NCBI RefSeq assembly: GCF_009914755.1
Contig: NC_060947.1
Length of the DNA: 64,000 nucleotides
From: the human T2T-CHM13v2.0 reference genome, Homo sapiens
Direction: 5' to 3' (one strand)
How positions within the stretch are numbered: position 1 is the stretch's first letter; every line of letters begins with the position of its first letter. The position numbers were made by a program, and so were the translations under genes. Below, piece by piece: positions 1-13,950 of this stretch. The notes under the pieces were generated by a model. It was not told where the DNA came from and ran no database searches. It worked only from the letters and a program-made list of their open reading frames with translations.

Positions 1-2413
1 TTCTATAAGAATGTTAAATAGAGGCCCCCAATCTCTTTTGGCTTGAAAGGTTTCTGCTGAGAGGTCTGCTGTTAGTCTGATGGGCTTCCCTCTGTAGCTG
101 ACCTGGCGTTTCTCTCCAGCTGTCTTTAACAGTTTTTTTCTTTCATCTGATCTTGGAGAATCTGATAATTATGTCTTGGAGATGATCTTCTAGTGAAGTA
201 TCTTGCTAAAGTTCTCTGTATTAGCTTAATTTTAATGTTGGCCTCTCTAACTAGGTTGCAGAATTTCTCATGGATGATAACCTGAAATAAGTTTTCCAAA
301 TTGTTTCCATTCTCCCTATCTCTTTCAGGGATGCCAATGAGTTACAGATTTGGTCTGTTTACATAATCCCATATTTCTCAGAGGTTTTTTTCCATTCCTT
401 TCCATTCTTGTTTTTTTATTTTTCTCTGACTGTCATTTCAGAAAGGCAGTCTTCACGCTCTAAGATTCTTTCCTCGGCTTGGTCTATTCTGCTGTTAATA
501 CTTACAATTGCATTATGAAATTCTTGTAGTGTGTTTTTCAGCTGAATCAGTCAGTTATGTTCCTTTCAATACTGGCTATTTTGTCTGTCAGCTCCTGCAT
601 CATTTTATTGTGATTCTTAGCTTTCTTGAATTGGGTTTCAATGTTCTCCTGAATCTTGAGGATCTTTGTTCCTATCAATATTCTGAATGCTATTTCTGTC
701 ATTTCAGTCATTTCCATCTCTTTAAGAAACATTGCTGGGGAACTAATGTGGTCGTTTGGAGGAAAGAAGACACTCTGGCTTTTTGAAATGTCACACTTTT
801 GGCAATTGCTCTTTCTCATCTTTGTGGGCTGATTTTCCTTCAATCTTTGAAGTTGCTATTTTTGGATTTTTTTCCACCTTTTATGCTATTTCATGACCTT
901 AGGGGTTTGATTGTGGCATAAGTTTTTTCAATCAACTGGATTCATTTCTGGACGATTTTAGGGGGCTAAGACTTAGCTCAGGACTCCTAGACTGCATGTC
1001 CTAACTCTGGAGGACTAGTATCAGGCCCTGGCTTTGTTCTCTGGCCACTTAAGTTTAGGAACTTGCTGCACTAGAGGGGCCAAGGTGCTCCTAGAGCACT
1101 AGTCACAACAGTCCAATGGGCGGTGCCAACCAAAGTACTTCCTAGGGCAGTGGCAGCATGATTTATCTTTATTCGCCCATGGCAGGAGTGGCATCAGTGG
1201 CAGCATGATAAGGTGTCCACTTTTCAGCTGCAGTGAGGTGCTAGCAGGTGCCAGGATGCTGGTTGTCATGTGGGCATTTGCAGCAGCAGCATTGGCAGCG
1301 TGTCGTGGGGAAGCAGGGGGCCCCACTGGCATCTTTGTGTATGTTTGTGCTGGTGACAGTTTTAGCATAGTGGTGGGGCCCTGGTGGCCACAGGACTGTG
1401 TGAGCTCTTTGTGTGTGTTTATGGGTGGCGGTGGCTGCTCAGGGCCAGGGCAGGTCTCTGTTCTCTTTGCCTAGTTTCTGGCAGCAGCAGCGTCAACACA
1501 GGGGCAGGGTGCTGGTGGCAGGTAAGGCTAAGGGGCTCCATGTCCTCCAAAACTTCGATGGGAACGGCAGGGGCTGGCAGAAGTGGCATGGCAGGGTGCA
1601 CATCTGCCTGTGCACACACATGCCAGCAAAGTGATTTGGGAGGTGGCCATGGGCTAGTATCTGCAGGCAAGGTACCACTGGGGAGGCTGCAGTGGAAGGA
1701 GAGAATGTGCAGGCTGATATGTGTCTGTGGAGGCTGCTCTGCTGGAGCTCTCTGCTTGTCAGGTGTGGTCTGCCAGCACAGGAGCTATGATGCAGGCCAC
1801 CAAGAGGAACACCCCTTTTGGGCACCGGAGGCTGCACTGCAAGCACCCAGGGAGAGTCCAGCAGGCTGAGGGGTGTTCAGGTTGGACCAGTCCCATCTCA
1901 TGGCCAAGACCACCCTGCAGAGTTCATGTGTGACAATTCCTCTAGGGCTAAGTCTCCTATAGGAGTAAGTTGAGCCTAAGGGAATGGGTGTCCCTGGCTG
2001 TGCTCCACTACAGATGCTCCTGCATGAAACCCTCTGGGCTCCACACTGGCTGGAACTCTGCCCTGACCACTTCTGTAAGCAGCCGTCTTTGCCAACTCAA
2101 GTGTCCACAGTGGTCATGGGGACTCCTCTGGCCAGGATTCCAAAGGCCCATGGTTAGAGCAGGTTGCTCTTTGCTTCTTCAACTCACCCCTTCCCCAGGA
2201 GTTGTTGGGGGCTAGGAATGAGTCCTGGTGCATGGTAGCCCTGTGCAGGGTTCCCAGCTTCCTCCTTCTTTGGCCCGACATCTGTGTCTTCCCTACAACC
2301 GCTCTCAATGCCTTCCCTTTGAAGATCTGCTAAGAGTGCACCAGTCTTCCCAATGTCCCAATCCCTCAGTGGCAGATGTTCCCCCTGGCTGTGTCTAGTT
2401 GACCATCTTGATC
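1..2413 (-). mobile_element. L1 (L1PA15/16-like) 5' UTR and degenerate ORF1; element continues past the window start
   Basis: Minus ORF 547..843 (KSQSVFFPPNDHISSPAM...EMTEIAFRILIGTKILKIQE) matches the N-terminus of old L1PA ORF1p; GC-richer 5' UTR 850-2410; element begins (minus) gatcaagatggtcaactagacacagcc, the CAAGATGG YY1-type L1 start. Confidence 0.85.
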
Positions 2414-2540
2414 ACAGGTCTACTTTGCTCTCATAAACCCTGATAAAGCCTTGTTCCCAGTAGCCTCACAATGAGATGGAGAAGCCTCAGAGAACGCACC
2501 AATGTGGTTACTCCAGGGTGACAGAGGCGTGACTCACTTC

Positions 2541-3535
2541 AATTTTTGTTGTTGTCACAATTGCTTTTGAGGATCTAGCTATAAATTCTTTCCCAAGGCT
2601 GATGTCCAGAGTTGTGTTTCCTAGGTTTTCTTCTAGGATTCTTAAAGTTTGAAGTCTTACATTTAAATCTTTAATCCACCTTGAGTTACTTTTTTATATG
2701 GTGAAAGTTAGGGGTCCAGTTTTATTCTTCTGCATATGTCTAGCCAGCTATCCCAGCACCATTTATTGAAGACTGCTGTTTCCTCACTGCTAACTTTTAT
2801 TGACTTTGTCAAAGATCAGATGGCTGTTGGTGTGTGGGTTTATTTCTCAGCTCTCTATTCTGTTCCATTGGTTTATGTGTGTTTTTGTACCACTATCATG
2901 CTGTTTTGGTCACTGTAGCTTTGTAGTATAGTTTGAAGTCAGGTAGTGTGATGCCTCCAGCTTTGTTCTTTTTGCCTAGAAGTCCTTTGACTATTCTGGC
3001 TCTTTTTGGTTCCATATGAATTTTAGAATAGTTTCTTCCCAATTCTGTGAAAAGTGATGTTGGTCGTTTCACAGGAATAACGTCGAAATCTGTAGACTGC
3101 TTTGGGCAGTATGTCCATTTGAATGATATTGATTCTTCCAATTCATGAGCAAGGAATGTTTTTCCATTTGTTTGTGTCATCTACAACTTCTTTCAGCAGT
3201 GTTTTGTACATCTCCTTGTAGAGCTCTTTCATCTCCTTGGTTAGATGTATTCCTAGGTAATTTTTTTGTGGCTATTGTAAATGGGATTACTTCTTGATTT
3301 GGCTGTCAGCTTGACCATTATTTGTGTATAGAAATGGTACTGATTTTTTACAATGATTTTTGTATCCTGGAACTTTACTGAAGTCATTTATCAGTTCCAG
3401 GAGCCTTTTGGTGGACTCTTTAGGGTTTTTTAGGTATAGAATCATATTGTCTGTGTAGAGAGATAGCTTGACTTCTCTTTCTATTTGGATGCCTTTTTTT
3501 TCTTTCTCTTGCTGACTGATCTGGCTAGAACTTCC
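2541..3535 (-). mobile_element. L1 ORF2 internal fragment (L1PA15/16-like), truncated at both ends
   Basis: Minus ORFs give [25 protein letters not shown] and [35 protein letters not shown] (L1 RT/C-terminal region). Confidence 0.85.
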
Positions 3536-3539
3536 ATTA

Positions 3540-5965
3540 ATTCTGTGTTGAATGTAACAAGATAAGGATGCATATTGTAATCCACACAACAAATAAAAAA
3601 TAATAATATAAAAAGCTATTATTAAAAAGCCAATGGAGAAAACAGAATAAAATACAAAAAAAAAAAAACTCTCAACCCAAATGAAGACACAAAAGAAGGA
3701 TATGTATATAACAAATAACAGAGAGACCAAATAGAAAACAAAAAGAAAGTGGGTACACTTAAACACAGCCATGTCAATAATCCCACTAAATACACATGTA
3801 TTAAACACTCCAACAAAAGACAGAGGTTGATGAACTTGATTTAAAAATCAATATCCAATTATATGCTCTTAACAAATAATGCACTTAAAATACAAAACAC
3901 AGCTAGGTTGAAAGTACCAGGATGGAGGAGATATGCAATGCAAACAGTAGATGAGTATGGAAGAAATAACGGAGCTTCAAAATACATGAAGCAAAATTTT
4001 ACAAAGTTAAAAGAGAAATAGATAAATCCATAATCACAGCTGTAAATTTAAAATCTCTTCTATTAATTATTGACAAATGAAGCAGACAAATAAATTAGTA
4101 AGGATATATGTAGTATTTGAAAACTCCTATCAACCAAATTTGACCGACACCAAGGTAAACCAAATTCTGGGTCATAAAATGAGTTTCTATATATTTTAAA
4201 ATATTTAAATAGTGAAATATGTTCTCTGACCACAAAGAAATTAAATCAGAAACCAATAGCAAAAACATATCTAGAAGATCCCCAATACTTGGAAATTAGG
4301 GACATTCTTCTAAACAATTCATGGTTTAAAAAGAAATTAGAAGTGAAATTAAAGATATATCAAACTGCATAAGAAAACACAATATATCAAATTTTGTGAG
4401 ATGCAGCTTAAGCAGTCCTAAGTGGAAAATTTATAGCTTTATTTTTATATTAGAAAAGAAGAATGGTTTGAAGTGAATAATATAGGATTTCACCTGAAGG
4501 GGCTACAAATTACATTGAAATTGAATAGAAAAAATAAAATAGTAAAGATAAGGAACAGAAATAATTGAAATAGAAAAAGCCAAAATGATAGACAGAAATC
4601 AAGGAAGCTGAAGATAGTTTTTAAAGGAATAAAATTCATAAAAGCCTAGCTAAAAGTAATCAAGAAAAAAAACACAAAACATAAGTTACCAATTTCAGAA
4701 ATTATAGAGGTTGCATCGCTACACATGCTACACGCATTTCAAAACTATGAAGGGAATATTATGTACAACTTTATGCCAACAAATTTGACAATTTAGATGC
4801 AATGGAAAAAGTCTTTGAAAAACAATTTTCCAAAATAACATTAGACTGGACTTTTTGAATAGTGTAAATACCAAAGTTAATTCAAAACATAATAGCTTCT
4901 CAAAAGGAAAGTTTCAGGAATGGATGTCTTCACGGATGACTACTACCAAATACTTAAGGAGGAAACAATACCAATTTTAAACAAATTGAACATTACAAAA
5001 CATTGCAGACATAAATTAAACACCTAAATAAATGAAGAGATATACGTTCAGAAATTGAAGGTCACAAAGTTGTTAAGATTTCAATTCTCCCTATATTGAT
5101 TTATAAATTCAACACCGTCACAATGAAATCATAACAGGCTTTGACATTAATAGAAATGCTGATTCTAAAATTTTTAAGAACGTAGGGAGTGTAAATTAGT
5201 TCAACCATTGTGGAAGACAGTGTGGGGATTCCTCAAGGATCTAGAACTAGAAATACCATTTGACCCAGCCATCCCGTTACTGGGTAAGGATTATGAATCA
5301 TGCTACTATAAAGACACATGCACACGTATGTTTATTGCGGCACTATTCACAATAGCAAAGACTTGGAACCAACCCAAATGTCCAACAATGATAGACTGGA
5401 TTAAGAAAATGTGGCACATATACACCATGGAATACTATGCAGCCATAAAAAGGATGAGTTCATATCCTTTGTAGGGACATGGATGAAGCTGGAAACCATC
5501 ATTCTGAGCAAACTATCACAAGGACAGAAAACCAAACACTGCATGTTCTCACTCATAGATGGGAATTGAACAATGAGAACACTTGGACACAGGGTGGGGA
5601 GCATCACACACTGGGGCCTGTTGGGGGGTCGGGGGCTAGGGGAGGGATAGCATTAGGAGATATACCTAATGTAAATGACGAGTTAATGGGTGCAGCACAC
5701 CAACATGGCACATGTATACCTATGTATCAAACCTGCACGTTGTGCACTTGTACCCTAGAACTTAAAAGCATAATAATAATAAAAAAGAATGTATGAGGGA
5801 CCTAGAATAGCTGAAATGATCTTGTAAAAGAAGAGCAAAGTTGAATGAGCTGGGCTACCTAATTTTATGTCTTAGCATAAAATTGTGACATGACATGAAA
5901 TTAATCATGACAATGTGGTTTTGGCATAAGGATAGGCAAATAGATCAATGGAGCAGAATAGATGA
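3540..5965 (+). mobile_element. Old L1M fragment (inter-ORF/ORF2), interrupted by a younger L1
   Basis: A-rich degenerate ORF2-like sequence (atgttctctgaccaca, tatgccaacaaatttgacaattta, ttggcataaggataggcaaatagatcaatgg). Confidence 0.7.
5185..5785 (+). mobile_element. 5'-truncated L1PA (PA5/6-like) 3' end
   Basis: ORF2 C-terminus (LELEIPFDPAIPLLG...WNQPKCPTMIDWIKKMWHIYTMEYYAAIK), G-rich 3' UTR, A tail, short TSD aagaa(c/t)gta. Confidence 0.9.
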
Positions 5966-6745
<780 letters not shown>

Positions 6746-7089
6746 AATGGAAATTTGTTTGAGGGAAGTGGATTGATTCATATTTTGACTGAGAATTAAA
6801 TAAGGCCACTGTACCTTGGAGGGATTTTAGATAAGACATCTAAAATAGTAGGTCATGGTAAAGGGTGGGAGAGAACAGAATGAACCACTGAATGGGGGTG
6901 GCTGTAGGGAATGCCTTTAAGGAAACACCTTCTCCCTGCTATGTGACCCACCAGAATTGAACATGGGGAAATGATGAGGGTAGCAGGTCATTTTGAAATG
7001 GACCTTCGGGTAGTATTTGGGGTGGAAAAATCCCCTTTCTCCAACCACATTTTGGCCACCCCAGCAACACCACCCCCACAGAGGTATCA

Positions 7090-7243
7090 GCGCTTTGTGA
7101 TGTCCAAGCCACCCCAAGACTACCATTGGATGGGGTGCCCCATTCTGACCAAACAAAGCTGAAGGGTAGGGCTCCTCATTACCCAGGGGTGGGTATACAG
7201 AAGGAGGTCAGGAGCATAGGGTAGATTGTTGGGAGGCTTAAAT
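7090..7243 (+). promoter_or_regulatory. Putative proximal promoter/5' UTR of the two-exon basic-protein gene
   Basis: CRE-like TGATGTCC 7098-7105, inverted CCAAT (ATTGG) 7125-7129, SOX-like AACAAAG 7152-7158, TATA-like TATACAGA 7194-7201, ~50 nt before the ATG. Confidence 0.45.
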
Positions 7244-7387
7244 ATGGCTAAGGAGACCCACACACCAGTGAAGCCTAAAGAAAATATGAAACAACCAATT
7301 CTAAGCACGAAAAAGCCTACCCCAAGAACCAAAGAGAAGAAGGAAAAGAAGAACTCTTCTCAACAAAAGACCAACAAAAATGGCAAG
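7244..7387 (+). CDS. Exon 1 (48 codons) of a lysine-rich spermatid nuclear protein-like gene (CXorf51/transition protein 3-4/CYPT-like)
   Basis: Kozak aatATGG; open frame MAKETHTPVKPKENMKQPILSTKKPTPRTKEKKEKKNSSQQKTNKNGK ending exactly at phase-0 donor AAG|gtcaga. Confidence 0.75.
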
Positions 7388-7575
7388 GTCAGATGATCCT
7401 ATCCTTGTTCCTTCTTTTCTTCCCCCTCTATTCTCTCAAGACCCCTATCCTGTCCTTGCCTAGCACAACTCCCTTCCTCAGCCTGCACTCCTATTCATAA
7501 AGCTCCCCTTCCTATACAACCTCTTTCTCTTCCCCTAAACCAATGTCCTTCTAGCTCACTGTGTTGTGCTTCCAG
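7388..7575 (+). other. 188-nt GT-AG intron
   Basis: Donor gtcaga; abrupt switch from purine-rich exon to pyrimidine-rich sequence; branch-point CTCAC 7555-7559; acceptor tgcttccag|G. Confidence 0.75.
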
Positions 7576-7917
7576 GTGGAGAAGAAAATCATAAAGGTAA
7601 AAAAACCCCTTCAAAGGATTTCAAGAAAAAAAACTCAATCACCTCCTTCCTGCTCCAAAAAGCCTAGGATAACAATGAGACCAACAATATTTGTGTGTCA
7701 CCACAAGCAGAATAAGACACAACATAAAAATCGGAAGAGCAAGCACAAAAGACAACAGAAAATGAAAATCAGAAGAGCAAGCCCAGAAGCCGCTGGCAAA
7801 AGCAAACCATCCCAAGTAACCATCTCTGCTGCCAGTAAATGCAGAGCCTGGATCAGAAACGTACAACTAGCAACAGCAACTCTGGGGAATCACCAATCAC
7901 ATAAAGGCCAAAGCTGA
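7576..7917 (+). CDS. Exon 2 (113 codons + stop) of the lysine-rich two-exon gene; joined product 161 aa
   Basis: In frame with exon 1: VEKKIIKVKKPLQRISRKKTQSPPSCSKKPRITMRPTIFVCHHKQNKTQHKNRKSKHKRQQK...HKGQS*; corresponds to ORF-track 7561..7917. Confidence 0.75.
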   Translation: MEKKIIKVKKPLQRISRKKTQSPPSCSKKPRITMRPTIFVCHHKQNKTQHKNRKSKHKRQQKMKIRRASPEAAGKSKPSQVTISAASKCRAWIRNVQLATATLGNHQSHKGQS

Positions 7918-7950
7918 GCCCAACAGTGTTCCACCCATGCTGATGAATGC

Positions 7951-8003
7951 AATAAAATCAGCACAATGTAAAAGGATGATGTGGATGTTTGTCTGTAGTG
8001 GGG
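7951..8003 (+). terminator. Polyadenylation signal and downstream GT-rich element
   Basis: AATAAA at 7951-7956, 33 nt after the stop; gatgtggatgtttgtctgtagtgg follows at ~7978-8001. Confidence 0.7.
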
Positions 8004-8506
8004 AGGGGGTTAAGGAAGAAAAACTGCTAAGAGGGAGAGAGGCAGGGTCCTGTAAGGTTGGGGGCCAGACCAACAGGTATACAGTTAGCCATCGGGGGAT
8101 AAGGAGTGGGTGAGGACTAAGAAATGAAGACAAATCAACACTTTGCCCCACAGACAAGAAGAAAAAGGGCTTTGGCGTTTCTACATGTACTTAGGGTAGG
8201 TGTGGGTAGCAACATCAAGGTCTAAATTCCCAGAACCCAGTTAGGAGGAGGGTTTTATGTGTGATGTGTGTGGCAATAACACACCCCACAAAAAGACAAT
8301 AAAACCACCTCCAGGTCACCCGTGTCATAGTGGTGTATGTTGTACCCCACACTATGCTATAAGCAAGTAAAGGCCCTCAGGAGGACCCAAAACTCATCCT
8401 ATCAGGAGTCACTTTCAGCACCCTGATAGACAAATAGTAGAGTTTGGAGGCCACAAACCCAGCACTAATTAGGCCACTTTCTTGTTAAGTAGCTTAGGAT
8501 GGAGCA

Positions 8507-9940
8507 GTGTCCTACCAAGTGTGGGGGCAGTGGCAGAGGTCTGCCCACTTGCTGGCCCTAAAGAAAAACATTGTCTGCAGAGAATTTTAATATAAGAATA
8601 ATAAAACCCAGGAAAAGTCAGTCTTTTACTTACTAGCAGCAGATACAAGTTTTCAATTTTTCTCTCCCCAAATCCTCTTTTGATCTGAGTTGTGAAAGAT
8701 TGCTGTGGTTAAATTTAAGCTTGAATAAAATCAATGTAAGGTGCAAATTAGCTGATTTTTAATATTTATGTTTTAATAATCATTTTATTCTACAGGGAAG
8801 TTAATTTGGATAAATCCTTATTAAATAGTTGGTCCGAGACATAGGCTGTTCCTTTCTAAAGTAAGCTCTTAACAATTTGGAATTGTTTTGATGCAGGACA
8901 GGCAAGCCCCACACTTGGGGCTTAGGTGGGAGGGTTCTTGGCTTCACTCAGGAAAGAATTCAAAGGCAAGCCAGTGGTGTTAAACAGCAACTTTAATTGA
9001 AGCAGAAGTGTAGAGAGCAGTAGACGTACTGCTCCTGCTCCTTGCAGAGCAGGGCTGCCCCATACGCAGTGTCCCCAGAGTAGCAGCTCAGAGGCAGTTC
9101 TGCACTCATATTGATTCCCACTTTTAATTATATTCAAATTAAGGAGCAATTTATGCAGAAATTTCTAGGATGAGGGTGGTAACTTCCAGGTTGTCAGGTC
9201 ATTGCCATGGAAAGAGGCAGTAACTCCTGGGTGTTGCCATGGCAACGGTAAATTGACATGCCACATTGCTAGACAAGGCTTAAGGAAAGCTGCTTCTGCC
9301 CTAGACCTGGTTTAGCTAGTCCTCAATTGGGTCTGCTGTCCAAGCCCCGCCTCTGGAGTCAAGTCCTGCCTCCTACCTCAGTTTGAGCTTGCTTTGAGCA
9401 TACTTCCAGACTGCAGTCCCTGTGGTAATATATGACACATATGTCTACACTTTAAAAGTACACGAAATTAAAAATTATAGCATGTGATTATAAAGGCAAA
9501 GAACAACCACCTCAGCTCTGTGATTCTGTGTAATCACTTGCTTTTATTGGTGTCTAAATCGGTGAAACGAAGTGTTAAATTTAAGGAGTAAAATTTGGGG
9601 GGATAAAGACATTTTTATTACATTTGAAAATAAAATATTTTACTGAATTTGAACAATATACTCAAGCATGAAATGTATTCTTTAATTGCTCATTAATACT
9701 ACATAAAAATCAAAATGCTAAAATTTTATATCAGTTGCATATTTTAGTAGTTGCCTACATTTTACTTTTGCTTAATTTTCTTAAAATTGCCTTATGATTT
9801 TTACTATGACAACTATATGCAAAATGTTTTATAGAGAAAATTTACACTTTATTTTCTTTCTGGTTATAATTATTTGTGTTAATTCATGTGTATTACTAAA
9901 AATATTCTGTTGAGGTAGCGGCGTTAAAAATATACCTCAC
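8507..9940. mobile_element. Possible old hAT-Tip100 (Arthur-like) DNA transposon remnant, split by an LTR
   Basis: AT-rich degenerate block ending gcggcgttaaaaat, reminiscent of Arthur1 subterminal sequence; recall only. Confidence 0.3.
8889..9380 (-). mobile_element. ERV1 solo LTR (MER66-like)
   Basis: TG...CA termini, 4-bp TSD gttt (8885-8888 / 9381-9384); minus start tgaggtaggaggcaggacttgactccagaggcggggc. Confidence 0.85.
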
Positions 9941-10027
9941 AACTCAGTGTATATACTAAAAATCATTCAATTATGCACATTTATTAAGTGGTTGTACATT
10001 AAATGAATGAATTGTATGGCATGTAAT

Positions 10028-10090
10028 TATAGCTCAATTAAATTGGCTGTGTGTGTGTGTGTGAGTGTGTGTGTATGTGTGTGTGTGTGT
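10028..10090. repeat. (TG)n microsatellite, interrupted
   Basis: Direct read. Confidence 0.95.
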
Positions 10091-10334
10091 ATCCAGGTGA
10101 GAAGTATATTAATTGTGTCATGGAGGGAAATATTTTTTATGTAAAATCTCTCATAATTTGGCCCCAGTCTCTGGTATTTTTGTTTTTCTTTTTTTCTTTT
10201 TGTTTTAAACAGCTCTATTGAGGAATAATTAACCTACAAAAAAATTGCATGTTTAAAGTATGCAATTTGATCAGTTTCCACATACATAGACTTCTGGTAA
10301 ACCAACACCTCAATTAAAATACTGAACATATTCA

Positions 10335-12195
<1,861 letters not shown>

Positions 12196-12199
12196 CATT

Positions 12200-12740
12200 C
12201 TGTTCTGGTTACATAAAAACCACCCTAAGTCATAGTTGCTTAAAAAAACAACAATAATTTTGTTGTTGTTGTTAATGACTCTGAAATTCGAGTAGGTCTA
12301 AATGGCGAAGGCTGGGCTCGTGTTTCAAGTGGTATCAGTTAGGGTGTCTCAATTGAGACTTGAAAGGCCCACTTCAAGATTGCTCACTCATGTGTCTGGC
12401 AGTTAATATTGGCTGCTGGCTGAGAGTTTAGACAGAATTGAGAGCTGGAGTCCTTGATTCTCTCCACATAGACCTCTACCTGTGACCTGTGATTCTTCAT
12501 AGCATGGTGGCTGGGTTCAAAGGTTGAGGATTCTGAGAGAAAGCCAGGTTGAAACTACTGATTTTTATGGCCTAGACTTGGAAACCACACGGCATCATTT
12601 CTGTCATGCTCTGTTAGTCAAGGTATGCTCAATGGTCTGCCCAGGTTGAAGAGGAGGGAACACAGAGTCTACCTCTGCACAGAGAAGTGGCAAGATTCTG
12701 GAGAAATATGTTGGACAGAACATATCTCTGTGGCAATTCT
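12200..12740 (-). mobile_element. MaLR LTR (MLT1-type)
   Basis: catagttgcttaaaaaaacaac...tgctcactcatgtgtctggcag...agcatggtggctgggttc...tttatggcctagacttggaa. Confidence 0.65.
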
Positions 12741-12896
12741 TGGGAAATAAAATATAGAGTTTACTGCACACCCTTTCTTAGGCAACTATTGGAGAGTGGG
12801 CTACACTCAAATGGGAGTGTAGGCCCAAAAAGTAGATGTGGATCTAAGCAATCAAGAATTCAACACAAGAGAGATGCAAAGAAAATCTCTAGGATG

Positions 12897-13219
<323 letters not shown>

Positions 13220-13763
13220 CTAGATCACAGCTGTTCAGCAGGCCTAGAGCAATGAGTTCAGATTCCAGCAGTCCTGAAAGTTCTGGGAGAGATTTCTTCA
13301 AGAAGATGAAATTGCCAGGAGGAGAATTTGGGGTTGTTTTGGTGGTAAGTACACAGAAAATCAAGTAAGTTTTAAAAATGCTAGGGAAAAATGTGAAGGA
13401 GATGGAAAATAATCATAATGTACTTCATGACTAAGTTGACTATTGTGTCTACATAATCATAATAATGTTAACATTGAATATTGATCTAAAAGTGTAACTA
13501 TATTGAGAGCATATGGATGGGTCGTGGGATGTGTGTGTAAGAGAGAAGCAGAGAGAGAGAGAGACAGGTACAGAGGCTAACTCCTATCTCCCATAGCGTA
13601 AACTCAATCTAAAAAATGCTTCAAGCTGTAAACCCAAGCCCTTTTCATGCAAGCATGGAATTTGGAGAAGTAGCTGTAAATAGAAATATAATCAGCTCAA
13701 AGAACTAACTGAAAGTGGTTGCATCTGGGGAGCAGAATACAAGAAAGGACTGTTGCTTTTCTT

Positions 13764-13857
13764 TTCTTTTCTTTTTTTTTTTTTTGCCATCACGGGGCCA
13801 GAATTTCTCTTAAAAAAAAATTATTTAACTTTAAGTTCTGGGATACATGTGGAGAAC
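13764..13857 (-). mobile_element. Ultra-short L1PA7/8-like insertion with non-L1 3' tag
   Basis: 17-bp TSD ggactgttgcttttctt (13747-13763 / 13858-13874), poly(T), 25 nt unique, then ~37 nt of L1 3' end (ctttaagttctgggatacatgtggagaac). Confidence 0.85.
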
Positions 13858-13950
13858 GGACTGTTGCTTTTCTTAACAGGTCTTATAGATCTAGTTGTCT
13901 CTTTAAACTACATGTGTATATTTATTTAATAAAAAATAAAACTAATTTTA

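Noticed and set aside
1099-2308. Cluster of GC-rich ORFs up to 161 aa
   Set aside because: All lie within the L1 5' UTR; stop-poor because of GC content; no family resemblance
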